Positions 28,657-43,980 of a stretch of 64,000 bases of DNA are shown piece by piece. Each line of letters begins with the position of its first letter. The first letter of the stretch is position 1. Origin of the DNA: Octopus vulgaris (lineage: Eukaryota); contig OX597826.1 of the NCBI GenBank assembly GCA_951406725.2, positions 26,412,001-26,476,000 of the forward strand. Reading direction: 5' to 3'. The notes beneath the pieces are model-generated. The model was given only the letters and a program-made list of their open reading frames with translations. It was not told where the DNA came from and ran no database searches. The translations under genes were made by a program, and so were the position numbers.

Positions 28657-28687
<31 letters not shown>

Positions 28688-29151
28688 TAGTAGTAGTAGT
28701 AGTAGTAGTAGTTACTGTTGTTGTTGATGGTGGTGGCTGTAGTGACCGAGGTGGCAGTACCGTTGTTCGACGTAGTAATAGTCATTAGCGACTGGTGGGT
28801 TTTGAGGAGTGACAGGGCGATATTGATCGAACGTTGATGATGGCTTTTATAGTGATTATGTTGGGCGCTAGTACATTGTGAAGCTCGGGAACAGTCTTAC
28901 AGAGGTTGTACTGTCCAGTTCCGTTTTGCATTGCAAAGCACCCACCCAACGCCTCCGTTCTATGCATTCACGTATTTCACACACACAATACGCATAAACA
29001 TACCTAAACATCGACTGCACGTACGTGAACGGTGATACACACTGACCTAACCTTAGATAATGTAAGAACGATCAAACATATACCCACGCACACAGCAAAT
29101 ACACTCGTATCTTTGCGTATAATATTTCTCTCTCTCTCTGTACATAGATAC

Positions 29152-29210
<59 letters not shown>

Positions 29211-29548
29211 TGTAGGTGTAGACATGTGCGTGTATGCAAGCATGTATAACTTAGCATGTATATATATGTATATATATATATATATATATACACATATATA
29301 TATACATCTCTCTCTCTCTGTATATATATATATATTTCTATATATATACGTATATGTATATATATATAGATATATATACACACATATACATATGTATACC
29401 TATACTACTTATTTTTCTATATTTATGTACCTATATTTACGTGCGAATGTATTTTACTATATGCATATGTATGTATGTAAGTATGTATGTAAACACGTGC
29501 GTTTGTGTTTCACGTATATGTATGTATGAATATACACCTCAGTACCTT

Positions 29549-29608
<60 letters not shown>

Positions 29609-29968
29609 ACTCGCTCTGAGATTTATCATTGTATATATATATATATTCATTTATGTACATATATATATACATATACATACATATGCGTATATTTAGGTCT
29701 ATATATGTATATACGTATACCACTAACCATGTATGAATATATACAAGCAGTTACATATGCACTCACAGATATGCATGAGTAAATAATAAATAAGAATACA
29801 CCAAACGCATTCGTACGCACGCATACATACAGGCGCTTGGATGCACATAAGCACATACGCAATTGTGCATACACACATACACATTTACATGCATGTTTCT
29901 AAGTAAGCGCATTTATGTGTGTTTATGAGTACATATGAAAATGTGCATGCAGAGTTTTGAGTGTGTGT

Positions 29969-30018
<50 letters not shown>

Positions 30019-30720
30019 GAAAGAGTGAGAAAGTGTTTGAGAGAGAAAGAGAAATGAAAATAAAAGATTGTAAAGCACTATTCTTCTATATAGATGTAGA
30101 AAATAGCACAAACACCGGAAATTAATTGTGGAATGAAGTTTGGTGGGTGGCGAATGTTTCCCTTTGCAAAGATAAAATCTCAAAAGCAAGGCATTGAATT
30201 ATATTCAAAGAAGGTAAGCTTAATGAAATAAAGCGATAAGATCAAGAGGTGTTGGAAGTGTTGAAAGCATATTGACATGGATTAACCAAAAGGAAGAAAA
30301 AAAACAACAAAAAAACCAACAAAAAACGAAGGGAATAGAAAATAAATAAAACACCAACAATAATAACAATAAGAAGAATAGAAAATAAAAATGGAAAAAA
30401 AATAGTAAATAAATAAAATACTTCGTTACCTAGCAAGGACAGAACCGATCAGAAATGGTACCGTCATGTACCGGAGATTAGTTTGGCTTGTAGAACATTT
30501 CAGTTTTCGAAGTGAATAGAAACGCGGCCCGAAACCTGTTTTTGTTGTTGTTGCTGTTCATGTTGCTATTGTTGTTCGTTCCTTTCCTTTTTAGTTGTTG
30601 ATTTTCTGCTTTTGTTGTAGTTGTGGTTGTTTTTGAAATGTTAGCCGCCCCTCCATCTCTTCACATTCGTATATGACCTAAGATACTGTCTTGTAAACCA
30701 ATTCAGAATTTTCGCATTTG

Positions 30721-30791
<71 letters not shown>

Positions 30792-32114
30792 CACTACACA
30801 AATCCCCTCTTATAGGAAACGGCTCTCATTTACGTTAGTTTTCTTTTTCTTTAAAAACAAAATGTTGCATTTCTTCTTCTTCTTCTTCTTCTTCTTCTTC
30901 TTCTTCTTCTTCTTCTTCTTCTTCTTCTTCTTCTCTTCTGCTATTGGTGTCTGAATATCATCATCCGACACCCAATTAATAAGACACAGAGACGATTTGA
31001 AGACTAACTTGGTTTGTAATTGACCAACGAATGCTTATAAGCAATAGAAGACACACTGATGTACAGATAGAGAAGGAAAGAGAATGGAGTAAAGGAGGGA
31101 GAGGGTGTGTGACAGAGAGTGTGTGAGAGAGAGAGAAATACAGGGAGATAGAATAAGAAAATAGGAAAGAAGACAGGAAAAGGGAGGGCTCAGGGTTAAA
31201 TGATGTGTTAAACCTCCAATATAAAGCACGCGATATAAAGGTTTACCTTTAATCCCCATTTACAACACTAAACATTTACTAAACTTTCCATCTCATTCTA
31301 CACCACCCTCTGTCATCCGTCAGGCTTACTACTCCCTCTCTCTTTGCTTCTCTGTAGAAACGTGTATCTCCCTCTTTTTCATATTCCGCACACCATCCCC
31401 TACCAACGTTCGTTAATATTTCACGCCCTTCTGTGTTTCTCTCGTGAAGTTTTTTGCAGCCATCTTCCCTACCTCCGTGGGTGGTAGAGGACTAGTACGG
31501 CACCCAGTTTTACGAAACCATCTGGTACTTGGGTGCCTTTGGCAGAGTTCACTCCTTGTCACCATCAGTCTCTTCATTTTTTTCTCTTCCTAGATCTTAA
31601 CCCCCGTCCTGTAGCAGTGTGTATTTCGTTTCGTTCCCACCATTGTTCCTCCATTTTTTCTTTTTAGTTAATTTTCTTTCCCCCTTTGTGGGTGGTATAT
31701 ATAACTCCCCACCCTGATCATCAGTGACCGTTAGCAGAGTTCCTTCTTTAGTAAGCATTGCTATCAAACCTGCTAGTTCTATTCCCTCCTCCATGATTAT
31801 GCTGTGCGAATTGATCTTTTGACGTTCAGGGTCAATATTCACTAATGCAAAAGGGGCACGCAAAATCCATGGGCACTGTCTCTTCCCCTTCCATGATTAA
31901 GACATTGAAGAGAGACAAAGAAATGGCTAAACTGTTTGTGGCCTTTGTATTCTTTATAATCCAATAAAGAATCAAAATTTTAATATTTCATAGTTGCTGT
32001 TGGTAGCTTATCTATTATATACAGAAGGGTCTTAATCTAGAATATCTACCACCATCAAATGGTATCTATTTGTGCTTATCCCGTATTTAATACGATTCTG
32101 GATTTAAAACTGGA

Positions 32115-32420
32115 AGTGTATCTGTTATGACAATGAGGGTTCCGGTTGATCCGGTCCACGGAACAGCCTGCTTGTGAAATTAAAGTGCAAGTGGCTGAGC
32201 ACTACAAAAACACGTGTACCCTTAACGTAGTTTTCAAGGAGATTCCACGTGACATAGAATGTGTCAAGGATGGCACTTTGAAATACAGGTAGAACACGTT
32301 TTCACCAGCTAGATAGACTGAAGCAACTAGAAATAAAGTGTCTTGCTCAAGGACAAAAAGCACTGCCAGGAATCGAACTCACGACTGTGAGTCGAATATC
32401 CTAGACTATATGCCACAAGC
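32115..32420 (-). mobile_element. SINE family C
   Basis: Reverse complement of the 26668-26968 type (gtccttgagcaagacactttatttc, ctacgttaagggtacacg). Confidence 0.78.
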
Positions 32421-32474
32421 TTTCACAGATAGTGTATTTAGGACTAGGTTATCTACTTGAGCTTTTCTTCATTC

Positions 32475-32873
32475 TTTTCTTTTCTACTCTAGATACAGGC
32501 CCGAAATATTTGGGCGAGGGGGCCAGTCGATTAGATCGACACCAGTACGCTACTGGTAGCCAAGTTATCGACCTGGAAAGGATGAAAAGTAAAGTAAAGT
32601 TGATCTCGGCGGAATTTGAACTCAGAATGTAAAGACAGACGCAAAGACCTATTTCTTTACTACCCACAAGGGGCTAAATACAGAGAGGACAAACAAGGAC
32701 AGACAAACGGATTAAGTCGATTATATCAACCCCAGTGCGTAACTGGTACTTAATTTATCGACCCCGAAAGGATGAAAGGCAAAGTCGACCTCAGCGGAAT
32801 TCGAACTCAGAACGTAAAGACAGACGAAATACCACTGAGCATTTCGCCCGGCGGGCTAATGTTTCTCTCAGCT
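32475..32873 (-). mobile_element. SINE family A dimeric or nested locus
   Basis: Same architecture as 27112-27448. Internal tail ctctgtatttagccccttgtgggtagtaaagaaata at 32650-32685. Confidence 0.88.
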
Positions 32874-34102
32874 TATGAGATTTCCTTAATTAAGATGGTA
32901 TTATCTGGATTAGGCTAGTTGTCTTGTACAGTAGTACTACAACGTAGCCGCAAGCGATTAGGAACTGGCACATTGTACCATGCTTTCACTAATTGCTTTA
33001 GGTGCATGTGTAGTCACGAACAAAAATTGATACCCTCACGACTCTCTAACTCAAGCAGAACATCACGGATGTGACAGTTGCAAGAAGTGAGAGAACTGCA
33101 CTGACACTTGACTGTTACTCAAATTTAGCTGAGTAGACTGTAATAACGTAAGAGTAAGTATCTTGCTCAAGGACACATCCTTATGCCTGGGCCTGAAATT
33201 GAAGCCACAACACATATGTTAATGAGACCAATACTCTATTTATTAGGCCAAGCACTCTCACAGAACATAGTGGTTAAGTACCGGATAAACGAAGGTTCCA
33301 ATAATTGCTATGCCTGGTTCAGGAATAAAAATCTCAAACGTATGTTCATGAGGCCAACAGCTTAACCATTTGGTCAGGCACTTTCAGAGAAATTAGTGAC
33401 GAATTAGTGATAAATTAACTTGAAAACGAAAGCTTCAGTAAACGAGTGAGTTACTAAAAACAAAAGTCATTTCGTTAACCCTGCACCCTGCATAATATGT
33501 CTTGGAATTCTTGCTGGCAATGTCTTATTTTCATTCCTTATAATGTTCAGAAAACGAACCGGAAGGCACATTCTTTGGTGAGAAGCGCTTCACTATGTTA
33601 ACATTTAGTTTCATTCCTATTTCTCAATAGCGTCAAATCTCGCTGGAATGAACTAGATTAAATAGCATTCCATAGGTTTGATTAGCTGTAGGTGAGAAAC
33701 TAATCAGTAAGGAATTGTTCTGTACCTATGGCACCTCAAAAAAATTTTGTTTTCCCTTTGGACAAGGTATATTACTCTCTGTATAACTATCTTTCTTTTC
33801 TGAGGATGATAGGATGAGATTAGAGACGAAATTGTGAGGTAATTCATGTGTTTTGAGAAACAGGACAACGTAGAAGGTCACAAAATTGATCCATCATACA
33901 TAAATAAATTATGAAGGAAAAAAAAAAGCAGGAGCTACTGAGAACCTAGAGAAATTGGTGCGAAGAATAGATACTGTAACTTTACAAGACATACATCAGC
34001 ATATAGGTATATGTACAGATATTTTTACACAGATTGCCACATGCTCAAAATCGTGTGACGGTTAATAATAATTTACAAATATGTAACAAATATTTATCAT
34101 AA

Positions 34103-34224
<122 letters not shown>

Positions 34225-34354
34225 GAGAGAGAGAGAGAGAGAGAGATAAATCAGTGTGCATACATATACAAAACATGTTCATACATTATATATATATTCA
34301 TATAAAATACATCTATCTGTCTTTCTATATATACACACACACATATGTATGTTT

Positions 34355-34390
<36 letters not shown>

Positions 34391-34399
34391 GCAAGTATA

Positions 34400-34458
<59 letters not shown>

Positions 34459-34571
34459 GAATATACTTGCATATATATATATATATACACATATATATAA
34501 GTATATACATACTTAAATTATACAAACATAATACATATACACACACATACACGCACGCACACACACACATG

Positions 34572-34625
<54 letters not shown>

Positions 34626-35283
34626 TATCCCATGAAAAAGAAATACTGGTTGCAGTAATATTTTTTCAAAAGTTACAAAGAATTTATATAAAAAAACATG
34701 CTAAACACGTAAATTAATATTTTAAATATTAAAAAGAATATGAATAAAACTATTCAAAAATCGAAACATTACTTTAAAGTTTATGTAAATATAGCGGAGA
34801 CTATAATTATATATTGCTTAAAGTATGTCTGTCTCATAACATAAATATTTGATACTTGTTTCCTATGCATAAAATAAAAAAATTCATGGAGGTTAGATTT
34901 AGCAACGATTTAAATTTAATGATGGGGTGACCCTTAGGATTTTTGTGTATAGATATGTGTCTGTGGAGATTTACTTTCATGTATTTGATGTTGTTTAGCC
35001 TAAGGTTATGTCTGATTGTGGAGATCTATGATCAAAGGCAGCCCAAATGTAAGCATCTTGTCATTTTCCCATGATGCTGTTATTCAATGCTTCACGTGTT
35101 TTTATAAAGATTTTTTATTACTTTTTTAGGATTACAATTAGAATTAAGGGATATTTGAACCAGTAGAGCGACTCGTTTCATGTTGCATTTTAAGTGGCGT
35201 TTTTGGTGTTAGTTGTCGATGTGCCAACCATAAGAAGGAACTATTTTTGTTATCGAGTGGTTTTCAAATTGCTGGTTGGTGAT

Positions 35284-35447
35284 AGGCGCAGGCGTGGCTG
35301 TGTGGTAAGAAATTTGTCTCTCAACCACATGTTTCTAAGATCAGTCCCACTGCGGGGTACCTTGGGCAAGCATCTTGCGCTAGAGCCTCGGACCCTCCAA
35401 ATCTTGTGAATGGATTTGGAAGGCAGAATCTAAACAAAGCCCGTCAA
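35284..35447 (+). mobile_element. SINE family B, 5' half
   Basis: aggcgcaggcgtggctgtgtggtaag..tcagtcccactgcggggtaccttgggcaag. Confidence 0.7.
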
Positions 35448-35556
35448 AATGTGTGTATGTATGTATATATATAATTATAATATATTTAATTAATTTCTAT
35501 GGGGTTATTATAGATAATATCGTTCAGTATAGCGGTGTGACTCTAAATTTTATATA

Positions 35557-35638
<82 letters not shown>

Positions 35639-35664
35639 TATATATATAGTCAAACCGCTATTTA

Positions 35665-37362
35665 GTTTTTTTTTCTGGTTTCAGCTCAGAGCTGCGGCCA
35701 TGCTGATGCACTGCCGTTTTGTGCTACACTGTTATTGCGAAGAACCTCGTCTAATATGTGGCAATTGGTGAAGAATGGAGTTTGATATAGCTACTCTCAT
35801 TTGCACCTCTTGCCGTGAGGTAGGTTCATCTGGAACTCTCGACAGGAAGATGTCCAGCTTTGATTTAAAGACCGCTACATCTACTTTGTGCAAGTTCCTC
35901 AGACTCTTTGGGAGAATATTAAAAAGCTGTGGGCCCTTGAAACCCAGGCTGTTGCTGAAGCTGGTCCTGAAGCGTGATGACATTGCTGGGATCTTTGGCA
36001 CTATACAGTGTCGTCCCGTTCTAGCATTGGTGTAGCTTACAATGCCAAAATTTGGCACAATTTCTTCCAGGATCTTCCAGACATATATTACTGCATACCA
36101 CTCCCGTCTTCTCTCCAGGGAGTAGAGTGTTAGCTGTTTCAACCTTTCCCAGTAGCTGAGCTGTTGCAAAGAGACGATCTTCTTTGTGAATATTCTCTGG
36201 ATTGCCTCAAGGTCCGCTGTTAATTTTACACTGCTGGGTGACCATAGCTGTGAGCAGTAATCTAGGCGGCTGAGGACGAATGTCCGCCAGAGGACCATCA
36301 TGGTTTCCTTATCTCTGGTTCTGAATGTTCTTAGGACCCACCCAGCCAGTCGTCTGCACTTTGTCGCCATCCTGACAATGTGCACTTGGAAAGAGGTATC
36401 ATCACTCATGTCGATACCCAGGTCCTTCACAGACTTAGGCTCTGGGATTGAAATTCCCTGTGGACCGGTGTATCCTGTAAGTTTAATATTCAGTTTTGGA
36501 TGCTAGTAGCGCAGGGCCTGGAATTTTTCAGCATTAAACTGTATATTATTATCCTCAGCCCATCTGTAGATTGAGTCCAAATCCTGCTGCAGGTGTGCAA
36601 CATCGCTGGGGTCCTGTATTTTCTGCGAGACTTTCGTATCGTTTGCGTAGCTGGCCAGAGTGGCTATCCGGGCATTTGAGGGCATATCTCAGAGGGCCAC
36701 TATAAAAATCAGTGGTCCCAAGACAGTGACCTGTGGAACACCGCTCACTATTTGTGTGTTCATAGAGGTGGCTCCATTAACCACTACTGCCTGACTCCTA
36801 TCTTTCAGGAAGTCATGTAACCACACTTCAAGTTTTCCAGCTATGCCGAGGTCACGCAGTTTGTGGCATATCATACCATGATCCACCTTGTCAAAAGCTT
36901 TTGCAAAATCAAGGTAGATTTGTTGAGTAACTGCCTCAACACCCAGTCATAATGTTGTAAGAGCTGGGTCAAGCAGCTCCTACCTGGTCGAAAACCATGC
37001 TGGGTATCACTCAGCAAGTTATTTTCCTCAAGGAATGCGATTAGTTTCTTTCTGACTATCCGTTCCATGACTTTGCTGATGTGTGAAGTCAGAGAGATAG
37101 GCCTATAGTTTTTGGCATCTGCTCTACTTCCCCCTTTATGTATTGGGCATATTATTCCCTCCTTCAGCTTGCTTGGCAGTTGCCATTCGCAAGAAAGCTC
37201 TGGAAGAGAATATTGAGGGGTTTTGCCTGGGCATGCTTACACGCTTTGAGGAGGTTGGCTGGGAAACCATCTGGACCAGCAGCTGAATTTGTGTCCACTT
37301 CATCTATGGCTAGTAGGACATCTTTTTCGCTAATGTCAATACATTCTATTGTAACCGCCTCG
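35665..37362 (-). mobile_element. 5'-truncated CR1-clade LINE (RT pseudogene and 3' UTR)
   Basis: NYRPISLTS..QHGFRPGRSCLTQLL..DFAKAFDKVDH..SGVPQVTVLGP..YANDTK (YADD mutated)..KDLGI..SRLDYCSQLWSP..YWERLKQL..SLERRR. Several frameshifts. Short 3' UTR with a terminal hairpin. Confidence 0.93.
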
Positions 37363-37497
37363 CTTAATCTATATATATATATATATATAATATATATTGT
37401 AAATTTTTGATTTAGTGTGCTAAGTTGAATTGTTTCCCTGTTGGCTTGGAATTATTATACTCTCTAACTATTAATAATAATAATAATAATAATATAT

Positions 37498-37780
37498 TGA
37501 AGTCGCATGGCTCAGTGGTTAGAGCGTCGAGCTTACGATCGTTAGGTTGTGAGTTCGAATCCCGGACCGGGCTGTGTGTTGTGTTCTTGAGCAAGACACT
37601 TTATTTCACGTTGCTCCAGTTCACTCAGCTGTAGAAATGAGATGCGACGTCACAGGTTGCTTTTCCCTTGGATAACACAGGTGGCATGGAGAGGAGAGGC
37701 CGGTATACATGGGCGACTATTGCCCGGACTTGTGCCGGGGAAGGTAACTTTCTAGGTGCAATCCCATTGTCAGTCATGCA
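37498..37780 (+). mobile_element. SINE with family C head and a different 3' part
   Basis: A box tggctcagtggttagagc, B box gagttcgaatccc, then ttcttgagcaagacactttatttcacgttgctccagttcactcagctg. Confidence 0.8.
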
Positions 37781-38225
37781 TGCATGTATGTATGTATGTA
37801 TGTATGTATGTATGTATGTATGCATGCATGTATGTATGCATGCATGCATGCATGCATGCATGCATGTATGTATGTATGTATGTATGTATGTATGTATGTA
37901 TGAATGAATGTTTGTATGTAAAAATATGTGTGTGTGTCTATGTGTGTGTGTTTATCCTCCCTCCCCCACAGTTTGACAATCAGTGTTGGTGTGTTGAGGC
38001 CGCCATAATATAACGCTTTGGCAAACGATATCAATACTTCCGTACCTTCGTTTCAGCCGTACTGCTGCTTTCGTGCTAGAACACCATCGTGATTTGGCCG
38101 ATATCATCAGGATGGAGTGACATCATATCAATACTGCTGGTGTGCTTTTACTTTCGTTCTGCATACGTACACCTCCAATACATACACCTCCAATACGCAC
38201 ACACACACACGCACACACACACAGA

Positions 38226-38257
<32 letters not shown>

Positions 38258-38441
38258 GATACACACACATCAATAACTGCATATATATATATACATCTAT
38301 CTCTGTCTCTCTCTCTCTCTATCTATGTAACGATCTATGTATGTATGTATATGCATGTATGGATGAATGTATGTATGTATGTACCTATCTCTCTCTCTAT
38401 ATATATATATGTATATACATATATATATGTGTGTGTGTGTA

Positions 38442-38504
<63 letters not shown>

Positions 38505-38620
38505 TGATTGATTGATTCTAGTTTCAGCTCATGAGCTGTGGTCATGCTGGGGCACCGCCATTGTGATATATATATATATATATCACAATTAAAACACACC
38601 CACATGCATGTATATGCATT

Positions 38621-38695
<75 letters not shown>

Positions 38696-38926
38696 GTGTT
38701 TACACACGGATGTATCACAATTGTTCAACAGTTGGCAAAGATATTGATAAAATGAATATAATAAATATATATGTTAAAACACAAGCATGTGATATTTTAC
38801 GTGTACACAATACTGGTGATATGTTTTTCATAATGTACATCTTTTTTAACAATGCTTCCTTTAATCCTACACCAATATTAATGGATTATTCAAATTCACA
38901 CTCCATTGCAAGGGCCATTAACTTAT

Positions 38927-39027
<101 letters not shown>

Positions 39028-39221
39028 CGTATATAGATACATTTATACATACATACATATGCATGCACATATGTATGTATATATAAGTATATATATATAT
39101 ATGTATATATATATGTGTGCATATATATATACATACAAACTGACGCACACATACATATATATTTATACATACATACATACATATTTATACATATATATAT
39201 AAATATTAATCTATCTATCTA

Positions 39222-39285
<64 letters not shown>

Positions 39286-39809
39286 AGTGTATAGTTCGTA
39301 ATAGAATTATAATACACGATGAAGATGAAAGTGTGCTAGATGGCAGTTAAGCGGCGTTACAGCTGTTTAGCTGTTTCGGACTCCATGCATAATTGCCCAA
39401 AGTATCTTTGTAATTTTTATCTCTTGGAAATGTGTTGAGAATTTCTTTATTTAGAGCATAAAGAATATAAATGACAGGGAATAGTATTGTTCGGTCTGTA
39501 ACCAGCCGCCCTGCTGTTTGGACACAAACCGGCCGCACTGCTCTTTGGAAATTTACTCCCTGCATCACATTCTGGGTGTTCTATCCTCCCATTAAGAGGA
39601 TAGACATGATGTCCGTCACTATGTCCCAATTTTGTTGTTAGATATTCAGGATAAATGTCAACGTCGATCCTGCCGTCCCGGATATTTCGTCATCATAAAT
39701 TTCACAGTATTGAAAAATTAGCCGGAGAATTGCGTCAGCATCTTTTAAACTAAAAAAGTAATGACAATTTTTTTTCTAAAAGCATTAAATGAACAAGTCT
39801 CTTTTCAAA

Positions 39810-39920
39810 TTCATAACGAAATTTCTGAACGGCCTAAATGCTTACAGCAAAAGTGTTTATGGCATTTAAAACGAAATTTCTTAGTGGCAGAAATGTTTAC
39901 GGCAACATTTCCTATCACCG
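39810..39920. repeat. Degenerate ~15-bp periodic array, probable foldback/MULE-type terminus
   Basis: aacgaaatttc / cggcctaaatgc / ggcagaaatgtt / cggcaacatttcc units ending tcctatcaccg. Confidence 0.45.
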
Positions 39921-39995
39921 TCCCAAATAATGATAAATAGCGTGCAGCCCTTGTAAAGCAGGAAATAACATTATGTGTAATATGTCTGTCTGTCT

Positions 39996-40038
<43 letters not shown>

Positions 40039-40111
40039 TATGTATGTATGTATGTATGAATGTATGTGTGTATGTATGTATCTATCTATATATATATACA
40101 TATATATATAC

Positions 40112-40188
<77 letters not shown>

Positions 40189-40199
40189 CTACATATATA

Positions 40200-40570
40200 C
40201 ATTCTTGTATTGATTTCAGTCAGTAAAGTGCGGCCATGCCTTCGCAATGAACTGAATTTATAGTCGAATGAATCGATCCCACTTTTTACATATTTTAGAG
40301 GCTGCTACTTATTCTATCGCTCGCTTTTGTGGAACCGGTTGTCAAACAGTGGTAGGGAAAACATAGACAAAACAACACACTCACACACACACACACACAC
40401 CACATATATATGTATGACAGTATTTTTTCAGTTTGCGTCTACCAAATCCAATCACAAAGTTTCGGTCCGAGGCTATAATGGAAGACACCTATCCAAGGTT
40501 CTATGCTGTGGGACTGAACCTGCAAGCAAGTGTTTGGGAAGTAAACTTTGTACCACACAAAACTAGGCAC
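40200..40570 (-). mobile_element. Diverged SINE family B
   Basis: ttcagtttgcgtctaccaaatcc..gaggctataatggaagacac..tgtgggactgaacc, with a tail remnant gcggccatgcc. Confidence 0.72.
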
Positions 40571-41535
40571 AATAATGTCCCCGTAATCCATTTTTAGCTA
40601 TTCATTGAACTTCAAGGACATTTCTGTAGCTGGCTCAAGAGAATCGCACATTAGCTCCTCGCGCTCTTCGCAGTTGAGCTTGACATCAACGTAGGATGTT
40701 AGCAAGTAAGGTGAATTAAGCTGAAAATTAGTTTATATGGCTAGAAGAAACAGAGCACAGGACAAATTTAGGAGGAAAATTAAACTGAGTGAATATTTCG
40801 GAAAGAGAAATATAATGATATAACCAAAAGTTGGAGAGGATTGTGCTGAGCGAAACTCAAAGAGGATATGAATGAGTCGTTGGACGTTATCCATTGAAAA
40901 AGAATCAGAAATAGAACGGAAAATGATCTGATCAGTAGAAAGTCAAAGATCAAAATGAACGAAATAAGCTAAGGAGTAGAATTAGAATTATTGGAGGAAG
41001 TGGGTTCGGCGAAATCGACTGAGAATGAATACGAAAAAGAGAAAGAAAAAAACATAAAAGAAACAAGAATGCATTGGGAGAGGAGACGTGCAATGGGGGA
41101 AATATTAAAAAAAATAATTTAAAAAAGTAGTTCAAGCAATCGACTGACACGAGGGATTGCAAATGAAAAAAAATAGATACTAAATGTGAATATGGCGCAT
41201 CATTTTCAGATAACCTGCCATATCTGTGGTGTGTGTGTGTGCGTCTGTGTGTGTATGTGTGTTTGTGTGTGGTGTGTGAGGAGCGTGTGTGTGTGTGATG
41301 TATTTATCCATTTTCTTGGCGTAGCTTCACATTTTGAGTTTACCATGAAGGAAGAGGGCATGTCGAGCGGATTAAATCTGACCGCTGATCTGTTATTCCA
41401 TAATTCCTGTTCGTATTAAAAGGCTGGTATATAACGATGGAAGTTCAGATAACAAGAAAAACAGCAGCAACAACTATAATACTATTCGTAACTGTAGTAA
41501 TAGTAATGATGACGATGAAGCTGATGATGACGATG

Positions 41536-41611
<76 letters not shown>

Positions 41612-41849
41612 CAATAACAATAATAGTAGTATTAATAATAATAATGAGAATGATGAAGATAACTTTTTTATTGATACGAAGATGGTAGCTGAGTTAAATT
41701 CCTGCGGCAAATTAATCGCTCAAACTAGCACATATAGACAAGCACACACACAAACACAGACGCAGACACAGAAGCAGACATACAAACACATGCCCACACA
41801 CGTATGTGAATTAATAAATATCACAAATCTATGTGTACATATGTCGATG

Positions 41850-41897
<48 letters not shown>

Positions 41898-42500
41898 TGT
41901 GTGCGCGCGTGTTTGTATGTGTGTATACAGTTATTATTACATATAGTTATATATGCACAAACGCAAAACACACACATACATACACACACACATATATTTG
42001 GCCGTCTCTATACACACACGCGCAAAAACATGCATATACATTTGTAACTAAGCATATCTACATAAATGTGTGTATGTATATCTTTCTACATATTTATACA
42101 TATAAACATACAAATATACAAACTTACATAGATATGTACATATACATACATGCATAAATGCGTACATACATACTTTCCTAATTATAAAAAGTAAATGCAT
42201 ATATGGAGATATATATTATTTGCTAGTTACTGTATACGCATTAATGTTTGCGCTTATAGGTATGTAATTGTGGGCGCATTTGTATGTATTTGTGTGTTTA
42301 GCAAGGGATTCGGCTGCCAGTGTCCGACTTCCGTGTTGTCAAAACACGGAAACAGATATAGAAAACCTGCAAACCATGTAACAAAATAAATTTATATCAA
42401 GTTATATAAAGACCGATGTCCTTACCATACATGTTTTTACGAAGATAAGCTCATACGCTAATGTAACACACAAACACATATAAATTGATGTGTGTGATGT

Positions 42501-42542
<42 letters not shown>

Positions 42543-42656
42543 CCGTGTGTGTGAGTATGTATATGTATGTAAATATAATGTATGTATACATATATATATG
42601 TGTGTGTCCGCGAGTTTGAGTATGTATATGTATGTAAATATAATGTATGTATACAT

Positions 42657-42722
<66 letters not shown>

Positions 42723-43084
42723 TATATGTATACATACATTATATTTACATACATATACATACTCGCACACACGGACACACACAAACACAGACACAGACAC
42801 AGAAACAGACACATGCCCACACACACAAATGTGTATATTTGTGTGTATAGCTTTATATATATAAATATATATATATATACACACACGCACACACATATAT
42901 ATATATATTTATGTATATTTATATATATATATGTATACATACATTATATTTACATACATATACATACTCACACACACGGACACACACACACACAAACACA
43001 CACACACATATAAATATACATATATAATGTATATATTAAGATAACAAATCGTATATGTTAGTATGATTGTTATTATGTATATAC

Positions 43085-43122
<38 letters not shown>

Positions 43123-43327
43123 GCATATATATATATGTATACACACACATATATATATATGTATATATATATATATTTATATATATGCACACACATATAT
43201 ACATTTATATATCTATTTATATATGATTTGAACTTGTGTTTCATTTCATATTTGCATATTTAAGAGCACAAAAAATAGATGTGTAAGCTATGTGTATATA
43301 TTATGCTAATTATGTTTTCATATATAC

Positions 43328-43359
<32 letters not shown>

Positions 43360-43369
43360 GCATGTATGC

Positions 43370-43405
<36 letters not shown>

Positions 43406-43696
43406 GTATATATATATTTTTTATTTATATGTCTCAGCCTTGAGGCTGCAGTCATGCTGGGGCAAAATATTTGTAATATTTGCGTGTGTATGTACATATG
43501 TGATGTGCATGTGTATATATTTATATATATATGTATTTACTTATATATACACGCTCACAAATATATTAATATACAGTCATAACTGACTTGACAGGACACT
43601 ACGAGATCAAATCGAAAAGTAATCTCGGCATATATCACTCTCACTACAATCCTTGATTTAGGCTACAAACTTTCATACATACTTTTGTGATATATG

Positions 43697-43737
<41 letters not shown>

Positions 43738-43905
43738 AGTGTGTGTACTCGGAAAGCACATCCGTGTAAAATGAATTGTTCCCCACAAACGTACACAAAA
43801 ATATCTCATAAAAAGTTACATTGATAAACATGAAATGGAAAATTAAAGATCCGGCGTCAAGTAAATATAACGTAATAATAATGATGATGATAACAATAAT
43901 AACAA

Positions 43906-43980
<75 letters not shown>

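Noticed and set aside
28785-28967. Short ORF or possible miRNA hairpin
   Set aside because: No known mature miRNA recognised, and the stem is too short.
31597-31863. 88-aa ORF in complex sequence
   Set aside because: No recognisable domain. It may be an old retroelement remnant, but I cannot assign it.
37503-37575. tRNA gene (good A and B boxes)
   Set aside because: It runs directly into a SINE body shared with other copies, so it is a SINE head.
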